This document shows, one piece after another, positions 26,436-39,345 of a DNA stretch of 64,000 bases; the first letter of the stretch is position 1; the number at the start of each line of letters is the position of its first letter. Position numbers and translations under genes: made by a program. Under the pieces are notes generated by a model. That model did no database searches. It was not told the DNA's origin and saw only the letters and a list, made by a program, of their open reading frames with translations. Source of the stretch: the human T2T-CHM13v2.0 reference genome, Homo sapiens; NCBI RefSeq assembly GCF_009914755.1, contig NC_060932.1; one strand, 5' to 3'.

Positions 26436-27271
26436 AGTCTTTTATCAGGAATCTTCAGAAGCACATTAGCACCATAATTAAATTTCACTATGGCTGGTCT
26501 AAAATCTATTCTAGAAAATATTACAAAATTATGAGAGTTTCCTGTTTGGCAAAGTGCTATGCCACACAGCATTTTATTTATTTTAAAAATCCACTAAATA
26601 AAGGGAGAAAGGGAAGATGATGAAAAAAGAGAAAGGAAGGAAATATGTGAGTGAAGGAATAGTGCAGAGCTGCCCCTTTTCTTAGTCATGAATAACTATG
26701 AGAAACTTGGAATTTAAATATCTAAAATGAAAGCCCTATTTGGAACTGAGTCATCTCTCCCAGTGGGCCTGGGCAGGGCCATTCCAGCCTGCGTGGGTCT
26801 CCTCTATTCGAGGCTCAGATAAGGCCATGAGAGCCAGGTACTTCCTTCTTAGGGCAATATTGGTACTAAGCAGTTGAGGGAGGGTTTTTATTCCTAAAGT
26901 GGCAGGCCCACAAAAGAAGTATCTTTTTTCATGACATGAAAAAGGAATATGGAAGGCAGCCACAGCTTCATTAAACCTTGCTCAAGAGACTGGTCTGGAG
27001 CTCTCTGCGACTGAACAGGAGAGGCCTCAGTGAGCACCTCTGGCCACCTGCAAGACACAAAGACCCAACAGGGAAATTCTTTCTCCACTGGTGAGGATGG
27101 AGCTTTCATAAGACGGAGTGGGAGTCTCTAAAAAACATTTTTTAAAGTTTTTTTTTAAGTACTAGAACCTGTGGTTGATCCTAGAAATCCAGCATTCAAA
27201 ATCACCTTATGTTAGTAATTTGGATGTGACAGGTGTCTGGCTGTGAAAGTATCACTCCATTAATGACCAGG

Positions 27272-27712
27272 TGTTTCACGAAAAGGTCATATAGGCAAAG
27301 CAACCCCCAAACACAGAAGGAGTCAAAAAACCAAAGAAGGAGGCAGACAAGTCCCTCTTGTCATTACAGGGTGATTTTATTGGGGAACTTACGGACAGGG
27401 GCATGGTCTTGGGTAGCCACATGACAAGCAGATCTCCTCGTCATTAGACCCCCAGACCCAAGGATTATATACCCAGGGAAGGGGTACACATGCTCCAGAG
27501 GAAATGAGGAGGAATTTGATCTAAGGGCAGGATTTATAGTAAGTACCAGTATGTCAAGGTTGATCTGCTCTAAGGGCAGGATTTATGGTAGGTATATGCT
27601 CTTACACAAGGAGCAAAAGACAAACTGGAGATCTCAGAGCATTCCTGGAACTGTTAATAAGAAGTCAACATGGTAGATTAGCTTACAAGATAGAATTACT
27701 TTAGCTTCCACA
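27272..27712 (-). mobile_element. ERV solo LTR, LTR47-like, 5-bp TSD (ccagg/ccggg)
   Basis: TG...CA termini. The reverse complement begins tgtggaagctaaagtaattctatcttg...gctaatctaccatgttgacttc. A minus-strand AATAAA is seen as tttatt near 27376-27381. Confidence 0.75.
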
Positions 27713-27749
27713 CCGGGGTTGACTTGGGGAGCCAAGAGGACCTCTAAAG

Positions 27750-28014
27750 CAGTGGTCCCCAACCATTCTGGCACCAGGGACCGGTTTCATGGAAGACAAT
27801 TTTTCCACAGGCAGGGGGAGTGGGGATGTTTTCGGGATGAAACTGTTCCACTAAGATCATCATGAGTGCACAACCTAGATCCCTCACATGTGCAGTTCAC
27901 TATAGAGTCCATGCTTCTGTGAGAATCTAATGCCACCATTGATCTGACAGGAGGCTGGCCCACCACTCACCTCCTGCTGTGTGGCCTGGTTCCTGCAAAG
28001 GCTGAAAACCCCTG
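27750..28014. mobile_element. MER1B-type hAT-Charlie MITE (internally deleted) with perfect 8-bp TSD ctctaaag
   Basis: 'cagtggtccccaacc...ggcaccagggaccggtttcatggaagacaatttttccac'. TSD at 27742-27749 and 28015-28022. Confidence 0.92.
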
Positions 28015-29394
28015 CTCTAAAGGAACCAAACACAGGGTCAAGGAGGATGACTTCCTAATCAGCTTCCTATAGGAGTGCATAATTAATTAATGCTAAAAGA
28101 GCAAAAACATACTATTAAAGAATATAAAGCAGATTATATTGGAAGAATGTAAAAAAAGACCTTGAAGGACTTGACTAAAGCTAACTAGAAAACCTAACAC
28201 ACAGACCTTAACATAAACGGTTAGATTCCAAACAGCTAACTCTCTCTTCTTCAAATAGGTCCTCTAGTGTGCTTTTCATGTCAGGCACCTCGGGTTTCTA
28301 CTGAAGCAGAGACGGCAGCCTCGGTCCTTCAAAAGTAGTTCTTACGATCTTCTCAAGACATCCATTCATGAAGTGAATAGCAATCAATGCTCTTGGAGCT
28401 TAATGGGAAAAACTCGAAGACACTGACATGCCACCAGGTTATCTCCATGCCTGAGGCTGATGAGGCAAAGGAGAACAACTGTGACCAGCAGTGAACAGGT
28501 ACTGTAGTGAATGGCATTTATATGCTTTCCCTTCTAATTCCTAGAAGCCTCCTCTGAAGAGGCTCCCAATGTAGCTATCAGTGGAGAGGAAACAGCAGAG
28601 ATCCGAAGAGACAGCACCTTTAAGGCTTCTCCCAAACCTCTGGCAAGGGATCTGGGCATCCTGGGAGCCACAGACCTGGCAGAGCACCAGCTGCTCTTGG
28701 GGGGAGGCGCTCAAGGCCCCAGCCTCTAACTGGAGCTGTGTCCTCCCTGGCCCCCTTGGTGTCCTCAATGGCACAATTTCTAAGAAAACTGTGTGGCTCC
28801 TGGTAGCTGAGCTAATCATCTGCAATGTTTTCACAGAGAAGTCACAGGCTTTTAAAACTGGAACAAACCTTATTCTTCATGAAGAAATAATCCTCACTTC
28901 TGCATTCTTTTTTTTCTCTTTTCACTTCCTTTTCTTCTTCTTCTTTTTTTAAATATCAACTAGTTACTTTCAAACGGAAGAGTCCTGATGTATGGAAGTC
29001 TATGGAAATCAAGAAGTGAAATCTGCCAATTTCTCACAAACTCACTGCTGTTTAAATTAGGGGAAAAAAACAACAATATAAACAAAATGTCCCAAAGAAG
29101 TTCAGAAACTCGCCATAGGTCACAAAGCAGCCAAGAGTGGATAATGAAACTAGCTTTTACGTCACCTGACTCTCCAGCCAGTTCTACTGTGCTAAGATCA
29201 GACTGCTAATAAAAAACTGGATATTTAAAATTCCAAATGGTGCCATTCTACCCATTAGAAGCATTTTTCAACCATAGGGAAAAAAATCAGTTAATGTTGA
29301 GGGAAAAGTCAGGGCATATTTTCTTTAAGTTAAAAAAGTCTAACAATAATTTTAATATCATAAACACTTTTAAAACAGAATAGACTATGTATTT

Positions 29395-29487
29395 TATATA
29401 TATATGTATATATATGCATGTGTGTGTATGTGTGTATATATATGTTTATATATATCATATATATATCATATGTCATATATATATATC
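29395..29487. repeat. (TA)n/(TG)n compound microsatellite
   Basis: tatatatatgtatatatatgcatgtgtgtgtatg...atatatat. Confidence 0.9.
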
Positions 29488-30487
29488 AACAAAATGAGTA
29501 CACTTTTAGGATTACACTTGACTTACATGGCCTAGCTACACAGAGAGCTGTTACATGTACTATAACACACCAACAAGTACATAGGGTTATTCCAAAGTGA
29601 ATGAAGTATCCCAAAGTGAACATTCTCATGTTAACTGCCCCTTGGGCAGAAGTGCCCATCCTTTGGGCCAGGGAGCAAAATTACAGGGGACAGATCAACA
29701 GGGCCACTACATCCTTCCGGAGCAAGCTGACATTTGGTGTCAACAAGAGATTGTGGCTGAAGCTTTGATTCTATCCAGCCTGCTGTTCCAATAACCCGTT
29801 GTGCATCAGACACAATCATGGCTTGGCTTCAGTCACAATGTATTTAGGTCCATTTGCAAAGTAGCATAGAAAACAGAGGAGTAAAACTTAACGATATGCT
29901 GAAATGTTCCTTTTACACTTGCAAGCATCGCAAATGCACTTTTTCAGGCTTATGAGGATACCCTCTAGCATCAGAACATGGATTTTTGAGTGTTACAAAA
30001 GCTCTTCTTATTGTGCCTGCACCACAGATTTACACTGCTGTAACTCCTGTCAGACATCATCTTAGCTTTATGAATAAATAAAACTATGCCCTAGGGAAAC
30101 ATTGATTTAAGAGGAAAAATCAATACCCATCTAGCATGCAATAGACTTGAGCTTTAAGGCAGCTTATTCCCAAAGTACAATACAATATGAAGTGTAAAAC
30201 CATACTTTTTGCTTCCTAATAAAGGATAAGTGAGAATATGTGAAATTGGCAGGCAAATACTTGCTTTCCATAGTCCTCAGAATATCAAGAGTCATCTTTT
30301 CCTCTTAAAAGTAGCTTAGTTGATATTTCAAAAGAGGAAAGAGAAAGGGAGAAAGAAAAAAGGGATAGGTGAAGCCATGGTGGCAAAATCTTGATACTCT
30401 GTGAATCTAGACTGTGAATATGTAAGGACTCAGTGATTCTCTCGTGTGTGTATAAAATTTTTCATCATAAGCAGTTTAAAAGTATGA

Positions 30488-30776
30488 GGCTGGGCATGGT
30501 GGTTCATGCCTGCAATCCCAGCATTTTGGGAAGCCAAAGTGGGAGGCTCGCTTGAGCCCAGGAGTTTGAGATCAGCCTGGGCAATATGGTGAGACCCCAT
30601 CTCTACAAAAAATAAAAAAAAGTAGCCAGGCATGGTGGCACGTGCCTGTATTCCTAGCTACCTGGAAGGCTGAAGTAGGAGGATCTCTTGAGCTCAGGGG
30701 TTTGAGGCTACAGTGAGCTATGTCCAGCCTGGGCCACAAAGTGAGACCCTGTCTCTAAAAGCAAACAAAACCAAAA
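30488..30776 (+). mobile_element. AluJ inserted among L1ME 3' remnants
   Basis: 'gcttgagcccaggagtttgagatcagcctgggcaa' and 'tttgaggctacagtgagctatg'. Confidence 0.92.
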
Positions 30777-31554
30777 GGAATTTAAAAATTATGTATGTTT
30801 GCCTGGGAAAAATTCTCAGGGAAAAGTACCAGCCAAGATGCTAACAATGGTTCTCTTTGGGTAATGGATTCACAAGGAAACTTTTTTCTTCCTTGAGAGT
30901 ATTAAATTTTCCAACTATCGTGACTATGTATATGCTTTATAGTTCAGAAAACACACACACACAATAAACACAAGGAAGGATAGCAAAAAGAAAATGAAAG
31001 ATTAATTAGACTGACTGCAAAGTATTTTGTTGACTACTGGCCTAGAGATAGCTAAGATTTATACTGTAACATTTATATTCCAGGCCAACTCTTTCTTACT
31101 GCTCTTGGATGTTTTTCAGGGCATAAGCAGGCTGCTATTAAAATTGACTGATTTAAAAAATAAAGCTAACAGCTTATGCTGAAATTAACCTCGTCTTTGT
31201 GAGCCAAAGATCAAATGCGAGACAAAAGCTGGCTAGAGTCATCATTTCCTCAGCTCTGCAATCACCTTACAACTTAAGACCATTTTCACAGTGGAGACAG
31301 TTGTTAAAAGTTCTGACAAGCCCTGCGGTAACCTTTGATTACAAAGCCACTCCAGAAAGCCAAGGCTCTTGCTTAGAATTGGTTTGAATTAAAAATGAAT
31401 CCCATTATTTTCCCCTAGCTCCTCAAAGACGCAGTTCATCACTAATTGTGTTAACTCTGGCCTCTCAAGAAACACACTTATTTGTTAATTCAGCTTAGGA
31501 GTGCACATCTCCCTGGACGGTTGCTGATTCTGTGTTCTCTTTGCTTGTGTTTCT

Positions 31555-31804
31555 CTTTTTTGGGGGGCAATCCTAGCTCACTGAAACCTCTGCCTCCTAG
31601 GCTCAAGCAATTCTTGTGCCTCAGCCTCCCAAGTAGCTGGGATTACGGGTGTGCAACACCATGTCCGGCTAATTTTTGTATTTTTAGTAAAGACGGGGTT
31701 TCACCATGTTGGCCAGGCTGGTCTCGAACTCCTGGCCTCAAGTGATCTGCTCGCCTCGGCCTCCTAGAGTGCTGGGATTACAGGCGTGAGCACTGCACCC
31801 AGCC
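31555..31804 (-). mobile_element. AluS with the 3' part of the right arm missing
   Basis: 'ggggtttcaccatgttggccaggctggtctcgaactcctgg'. Confidence 0.9.
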
Positions 31805-34623
31805 TGCTTTGCTTATGTTTCTAATAACTGGAAAGAACAACTATGGAAGTTTGAAATACATTTCCAAGGCACAGGCACATTGGAAGCCTGAAAATGGGTT
31901 GGGACAATTTAAAATTTTGAATTTCAAATTAAAACATCATAAAGTCGCTACTATTACCACTAAAGTTGGTGCAGATACTGTCTGAATCTACTTCCACTGT
32001 GGAAATGACACACAATTACAAGTTTCAAAAGAATGTAGCCACCATGTTAGTTCTGATCTCAGCAGAAGAGGGAAAGGGGACATAAATTGGTTTTGGTGGC
32101 ACTTCTTTAATGTGGCGAAAATAACAAGCAAAGCATTATTGTTGAGAAGAATGCTTATATCTAGTCAGAAAAAAAGCTCAGCTTGAGATAAATTACTTTT
32201 CATGAATTCTATCTTCTTTAGTGTCAGAGATATATTCATTTAAAGAAATTAGAGCATTCACTGTGTGTTACTATGCTCCAGGCATTTATTAGATGTTGTA
32301 GGTACTAAAATAAGATACAAACATTGACCTCAAGCTTAGCTTCTATAGGAGGGTCAGATGGAGTAAAACTCAAGAAGTCAGCCATGTACAAAAAAGTACC
32401 ACACAACGCTTTCCAGAAATTGGGAGGAATGTGATTCTATTACAGAAACATGTGATGCCTATTCTAAAGTATATAGATTCTTGAGTTAAATCTTCATTAC
32501 CCCCAACCGGAAAATGCTCTACATTTCAGGCCATAATGTGTGTAAGGCGAGCAGCTCTAGTGGAAATGGAAATGCATTAGAGAAAATGTCTAATCCCTGA
32601 ATCGAGATTCTTGTCAAATATTAGGAGATCAGAGGAAGGCGTTTTTAGAATGTGGATAATCAAAGGTCTTAATGCACTGATTCTTTAGCCTAAGTTAACT
32701 AACAAAAGGCAGGCTGATTTCCAGGATCTGCAGTTATATTTAGAAAGACTGTGGCCTCAGAGGGGAACCAAAATAACCCTGAAATAGCTCCCTGCTCTCC
32801 TAAGAGGAAAGGGTTACTCTGGCAAGAGAAGGAATTTCTCAGTAAGTTGAAGCAAAGATTTAATTAAAAGACAGTGGCCTATTTTACAAGATTCCTTTGG
32901 TGAAGAGATTGGGAAAACTTAGACCAGATGAATTCCTTTCCAGGCCATACAGGCATTGGATAATGATTTAAAATGAATATGAGTCGGGCAGGCCATAACA
33001 CTTGAGGTTTGTAAAATAAATCTTTCAAATGGGTGGACATAGTGCTTCGAAGTCCAGGATTCATTATAAACACTGATAACCATTGTAGTAAATGAATTTC
33101 TAAAATAAAAGACAGAATGTCTTTGTGTTAACCTGTTCATTTAGTCTGAATGATTTTTCCACATTTGGTCTGTTCGCAGAAGATGACCCAAGGTTATTAA
33201 GGAATTATTAACATAACTTTATCATCAGCACAAAATGAGATTATTAATACCATGAATAATGATAACCAAAAACACAGCCTCGTATATTTTTGGTGGTGGT
33301 GGCAGTGAGCACTGTGTATCCTATTAATCTCTCTATCAAGCCCATGAGACTATCCAATTATTATCCCTGTCTCAAAGATGAGGAAAGAGATTGAGACAGA
33401 GTAGGCATTTAGCCCAACTTCACAGAGGCTTTACAAAGCTCAGCCATGGATGGGCTTACCACCAATCAAAGGGAAACACCATGTTGTAGGAAGTATACCC
33501 ATTGGCGTCTTGGTTTCTATCGCAGAAGACCTAAGTTGCTAAATTCAAATCAGACAAGCTCATTCCCTGGATGTTTTTCAGCTTAGAAGCTGTGTGTCTG
33601 CAGACTTAACCCAAACAGAGTCTCCAAATCAACAACTGATGCATGCAAAGTTAAACTAAAAGCCAGTTTGAATGAGTAATAATGTAGAATAAACCAGATA
33701 AATAAATACTTTGAAATCACCTTTTCCCAGCAATGAAGTTGTGGCCAACTGCTGAAATAGGAGAAAAATCTCGTGTTTTCTGGAAAAGAAACACAAGAGA
33801 AAACAATTTCAAAATTCTGAACTGGATTAAAACTGCAACAATTAAGAGTAAAATGATCATCTTGTTATTTACTTATTTAACATTTGGCCAACAGTAAGCA
33901 ACTGAAAAAGGCTTATTTAATTAGCTTTTACTGCTTTAATACTATAATAAAAGAATGTTAAAAAGCAAAAGCTAAAACCTGCTCTTAAAACATCCAGACC
34001 TAAACATTATCCCTAATTTTATACATGTAGAAAAGTAAAAATGATGGCATTAATTGCATGTAGTAATAAATTATGTCCATACTTCGTTTTAATCATTGCT
34101 GCCTTCTAACTCAATCCCACCAATGATAACAGTAACTAGGAGTTATCACCAGCACTGCACCTGCACACCTCAAACACAGACCCCTAGAGCCCATGTGCAA
34201 TGCACATGGATTAAGCAAAAACAAAATTGGTTGTATGCCTCAAGAAGATGAAAGTCTTTTCAGCACAAAAAAAAAAAGGTGAAACAAAATTGTATAGAGA
34301 CGTGATAATTGTTATATTTAGCTATATTATTTAATGTCTTCATCTTTAAATATGCTGTATTTTTGTTAACATGGCTTCTTATGCTTAAAAATAAAACTAT
34401 CACTTATAAAGATCACTTCTCCAAGAATAAGTGTGATTTGAGTTTGAGGAATGTAATCTCAAATCGAAAATTCTGTTTTTGTAGAACTGTGCATCTAAGT
34501 AGACATCTGAAAATATGCTAAGTGGAAGTAAAAAGCATGGGTAGTTAAAGAATGAACCTGATAACGAGACTGAATTTTCTCAGGAGAAATATCCACTGGG
34601 GGAAACTGGTGCCTCCTCTCCCC

Positions 34624-34719
34624 TCTTTTCTTTTTTGGTAAAGTTTAAAAGAGAAAAGAAAGAGCTATTTCTTTTCTTTTTTGGTAAAGTTTAAAAGAGA
34701 AAAGAAAGAGCTATTTCTT
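34624..34719. repeat. Perfect 46-bp tandem duplication
   Basis: tcttttcttttttggtaaagtttaaaagagaaaagaaagagctatt repeated twice, followed by tctt. Confidence 0.97.
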
Positions 34720-35970
34720 AGAAGAAATGAAAAGCAAAGTAACATTTGAAAGACCAAATAGTCAAGCTGACAATAAGCAAGGTGGTAATTCCTCCATGAG
34801 CTCCAGTGTCAGACTCCACAGTGGCCAGCAAGACATGAACACCCAGACTCTTAACCCATGTGGTCTAAGAGCCGCCTGAATATGAGTACCAAGAGAAAAG
34901 TGCAGTAGAAGGTGAGAGAAGGTTCCATGCCAAGAGAGGCAGTAGAATGGTAAAGAACCCACTTGCCAAGAGTCCACACACAACGAAGAAAGGCAATGGA
35001 AACTCTCTTCTCTTGGCCTTTTGCTGGGAAATCCCACATCCTGGGCTACTAAGCATTATGGCTCAACAACACTGTGGGTGCTGGGAAATTTCCCCACCAG
35101 TCTGAAAACCTATCATTTATAAAACCAGGAGGATGCATTTCAAGCTCTAAACAATTGCATTGGGAACAAGTATTTGGGAATAGTACTTGTTCAAAAGTGG
35201 AGAAACAATTATTTTGAGAGGCTGCTAGTGGTGTCTAAAACACCACCAAATCTGTTTAATAAACACTTACTGATAAATCTCTGTGCTATATACAAGGGGC
35301 ACACAAAGGCAAAGATGACAAGGCCCAGTTCAGGAGCCCAAGTTACAAGTAAGTAGCACAATACAGAGAGACGCAAGGGATAAGAGGAGTATGAACAGGT
35401 TGTGAATACAGTACAGAAAAGAACAGGATAGTTTGGCTCTGGAGGGCCCCATCCGTGCTTGTTCTCCACAGCCCTTGTGACAAAACCCAAGCCCCTGGCA
35501 TTGTGACAATTTCCCCATCACAGTGCCCAGCCTGTCCAGTGTCATCTCATCATGCTCACTGCCCTCCTGAGTCCTCCGTGCTTCTGCCACCCTATCTGCT
35601 TTAGAAGCTTAACCAGTATAGAAGAGAGAACAGACCAGCGGCACAGGGGCCCACTGAGATGTGTGCTCCTTCAGCTACACTCACCAGCGTAGGTGAAGAT
35701 GTGGCGTGGGGAGAGAGCTGGGTTATGCAGGGTTGGGGTTCTGCTAGTGAGTATATCTAATAAAGCACTTGTTTTTAAGCTGGAAACTGTAGTGTGCTTG
35801 TAAAGAGTCAGTGAATCCTGGCACCTGATAGGTGGGTCCCCCAACTTGTTCCAACCTCCTGTCCCACTGTGTCCTCAGCCAGTCACATCCTTCTCAATTC
35901 TCTCCTTCATTTATTTAGAGTCCAATGAGGAAATAACTATAAACACCAATGTAAAATACATGCTCTAAAA

Positions 35971-36130
35971 CAGGGCTTTCAACCCTGGCCTTGCTGACAT
36001 TTGGGGCTGGAGAATTCTTTGTTTTGAGGGGCTAGCATTTCCTGCCCTGAGTTGTAATAAACAAAAATGTCTCCAGACTTCAACAAATATCCCCTTAGGA
36101 GCAAAATCATCCCCATGTTGAAAATCACTG
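35971..36130. mobile_element. MER20 (hAT-Charlie), internally deleted, 8-bp TSD (c/g)tctaaaa
   Basis: 'tgacatttggggctggagaattctttgtt', 'aaaaatgtctccagac', end 'gttgaaaatcactg'. Confidence 0.88.
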
Positions 36131-36169
36131 GTCTAAAATGAATGATGACTTATTAAAACACAATAATTT

Positions 36170-36315
36170 GAGCATAGTGGCTCACACCTATAATCCCAGC
36201 TACTTAGGAGGCTGAGGTGAGAGGATTGCTTGAGCCCAGGATTTTGAGGCTGCAGTGATCTATGTTGTGCCACTACACTCCAGCCTGGGCGACAGAGTGA
36301 GGGCATCTCTTAAAC
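36170..36315 (+). mobile_element. FRAM / Alu right monomer
   Basis: Single monomer 'cccagctacttaggaggctgagg...cttgagcccagga...ctccagcctgggcgacagagtgag'. Confidence 0.88.
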
Positions 36316-37209
36316 ACAAACACATACTCACATACTCTCATATTTATATCTTAACTTTCATATCATGCAGAAAAACAGTAGTGTGGATGGGGACCATTGG
36401 AAAGGGCATAGATGAGGGAGTGGGTGCATGTAAAAAGCACCTGTTGTATTCTCAGCCCTGCATGAGGTCAGTTATCTCATCCAATACGCACAAAACACCC
36501 TGTGCTTTTCCCTCTGCATCACAGCTGCTCAAAACCTTGAGAGACAATGATTTAGTGCATGCTGACAATGTTATTAAAAGCAGAACTCCTCAAAATAAAA
36601 TAAGAAGTATTGCTAGATATGCCTTTCCTTCACTTTCAGTAGACTGAACGCCTGACTCCTTGAGAATGACCAGCACAACATATTTTCATGGCAATCAACT
36701 TCATTCTGTGCCATCTTAGGACATTTCCACTGCCAACTTGTCCTGTGGTTGTTTTCATCAGGATTGGCCCACATGGAGTCCTAGGCATAGCCATGATATA
36801 TCTCTTTTCCTCAAACCACAGCGAATTAGGCATATTTAGCCTGCAGATTTGTAAAATAGAACTGGTTACAGCTCTGCTAGTGTCCCAAGTGAGTATGACA
36901 ATGCTACGGAGTGCAGAGCAGTGTCGGGTGGTTAAATCCTGACTCACACTACCAACCTCCCTGAGAGCATCAAATGAGACAAGCGACAGGATTCTCAGAT
37001 GGAATTTGATGTTGGTCCTTTCCCCTCCTGATCCCCAAAGGGCCTGGTGGGCTCAACAATCTCTAGTAAATTCAGCATATTCAGGTCCAAAAGTATCCCT
37101 GAACAGGGATCTTCCTTAGCCTTGTCTATTCAAAAAGACCGGGAGTGGCTTTTTAAATACATGTGTGGATATGCAGTTCTTCCTAGTTGGCTTTTTCTGA
37201 TTCTGTCCA

Positions 37210-38170
37210 AACACAATCACATCTCCCATGCTAGTATCTATCCAAATACTTTCTTTAAGGAGAATGTCCATATGTCAGCCACTATTCTAGGTGGGGGTTT
37301 CGATATTGACCAAGATGAAATTCCCTGTCCTATGTATCTTTCTAGTGGAGGTGGGGAACAAACCCACCATCTAGCAGCATAGCTGTGACAATCACTGAAG
37401 AAAACCACAGAGGCACTGTGGAGGTAGGGACTGCCTGGGGAGTGGGCGCTGCTTTGAGTTGGGGAGTCAGGAAAGGCAGCACTGAGAAAATGTTAGCTGA
37501 GCACAGACCTGAAGGTGGGGGGGAGGCAGGTCAGAGGGGGCTGGTTCCACTGGCCCCTCCATGTGCCCACCTTGGGCACCCCTCAGAGAGCTACAGCATG
37601 CCTGGTGCTTCCACACCCACTGAGGGGAGCACTGGCCAGGTGTGGGCACACGTGCAGACATGTGGGCAGATCCAGGAAAGGCAGCAAGATTATTAGCTGA
37701 GAATGAGGATGGAGAGGGAGGTATTTGAGGTTTGAGGACAGGACACAAGAAGATGATCCAGAAAAGCAGAACAATGGACAGAATAGCGGCACAGGGACCC
37801 ACTGAGACGAAAGTGGGACCTGTGAGCACAGTGATGTGTGTTCCTTCAGCCGCACTCACCAGTGTAGGTGAAGATGTGGCGTGGGGAGAGAGCTGTGTTA
37901 CGCAGGGTTGGGGTTTTGCCAGTGAGGATCATGAGGGAAGAGGGAGCAGCAAAGAACCTGAGGGTGGATGCAAAAGAATAATTATAACACAAGATCATGG
38001 AATCTAAGCTAGATAACTAGGAAAGGAGAACTGGAGGGGGTGACAGACAAGGAAAATTAGCAGGATCACTGGATGGTGAGTACTGGTGGGCCACAAATGG
38101 TTGGAGTTAAGGCACAGGGGATAGAAGACAGAAGGTGGTGATCAGAGGATGAAATGGTTGAGGAGAGAGT
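37210..38170 (-). mobile_element. L2 LINE, composite fragments
   Basis: L2 tail region at about 37230-37520 and ORF2-derived 'cagggttggggttttgccag...attataac...catggaatctaagct'. Confidence 0.7.
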
Positions 38171-38177
38171 GGATTAG

Positions 38178-38340
38178 ACACTTGCTACTTAAAGTATGGT
38201 CCCAGACCAGCAGTTTCTGCAGTATCTGGGGACTTGCTGAAAATGGCAGAATCTCAGACCCTACCTCAGATCTACTGAATCAGACTCTGCATTCTAATAA
38301 GACCCCCAGGTGATTCACACTAAATTTGGGGAAAAACAGC
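38178..38340. mobile_element. MER5A
   Basis: 'aaagtatggtcccagaccagcag', 'cagatctactgaatcagactctgcatt', 'ccccaggtgattc'. Confidence 0.85.
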
Positions 38341-39144
38341 CTTAAACCACTGTCACATCTGCACCATGCTGGCTCAATTTGCAGGCAACCAGAAGCCACA
38401 GACACCCTATAAAAAAGGGTGAGTGAATAGCATTCTGAGGTTAGGAAATTCCCTGGGGCTCTGTTTCCCCTTCAAACAGCTCCACTTTAAGTCGCTCATT
38501 TTGGTTTCTTGGGTTTCTATCCAGCTGCCTCATGCTCTTGTTCTGCCAGGCCTTGCAGTCTTATGATATGGTTAGCAGGCTTAAAATTCAATTTCCCAAA
38601 GAACGCTGCCCCTCCAAATGCTGGTTAGCCTTCCCTCACTGTCTGTAGGCAAAGAGCATCTCCTTACTTCCTGCAACCAGGTACCTATCTCCACTCTCGT
38701 TTGCCAGAGAGAAGGCAACCAGATACTTAGTGTCCTCAATTCAGCCTGTGTAATTCCATGTGTCCATATAGATCTATTCCAAGACCCTAATGCAAAATGT
38801 ATAGTATTGCCATTTGTGGCTTTTTAGAAGTTTAGCTTCCTGCTATATAATAGTCAGGGTTTTGTATCTTCTAGTATGAGTAGACTGACTTGCCTCTTTA
38901 TAATTTTATAAAAAAGAGAAAACAGTTGTGTATGACATTAGCATGAAAGATGAGGTTGAGTCTAGTTAATGGAGGCTTTGCCTCCTTAAAAGCTTTATTC
39001 ATAATAAAATGAGTGTGACATTTTCATGAACCCAGACACTACCTCCTGTACAAACACTTGCATGTGAAATAATTAAGAATCTCTAACTTCTTTAAAGACA
39101 AGTAATTTCAGATGCTGTCGTGTATGAGTTTTACTATGATTACT

Positions 39145-39345
39145 AATAATCAAGTACTATTTGCAGACACCATGCTATACATTCCATATATCCTCATCTT
39201 ACTTAATGCTCACAAGGATTCATACTATTGTTACACTGATCCTACAGATGGGGAAACTGAGGCCTAGAAATGTGAAGTGACACAGCCAGTGAGTGGTGGA
39301 GCCAAGTTTCAAACCCAAGTGCACCTGATTCCACAGCAGCTCCTC
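39145..39345 (-). mobile_element. MIR
   Basis: 'tacagatggggaaactgaggcctagaaatgtgaagtgacacagccagtgagtggtggagcc'. Confidence 0.85.

Noticed and set aside
27517-27592. Repeated ctaagggcaggatttat inside the LTR
   Set aside because: Internal repeats are common in LTR U3 regions, and this one is probably part of the family consensus.
37385-38007. Dense cluster of ORFs on both strands in a GC-richer patch
   Set aside because: It overlaps L2 relic sequence; higher GC reduces stop codons, and no known domain is evident.
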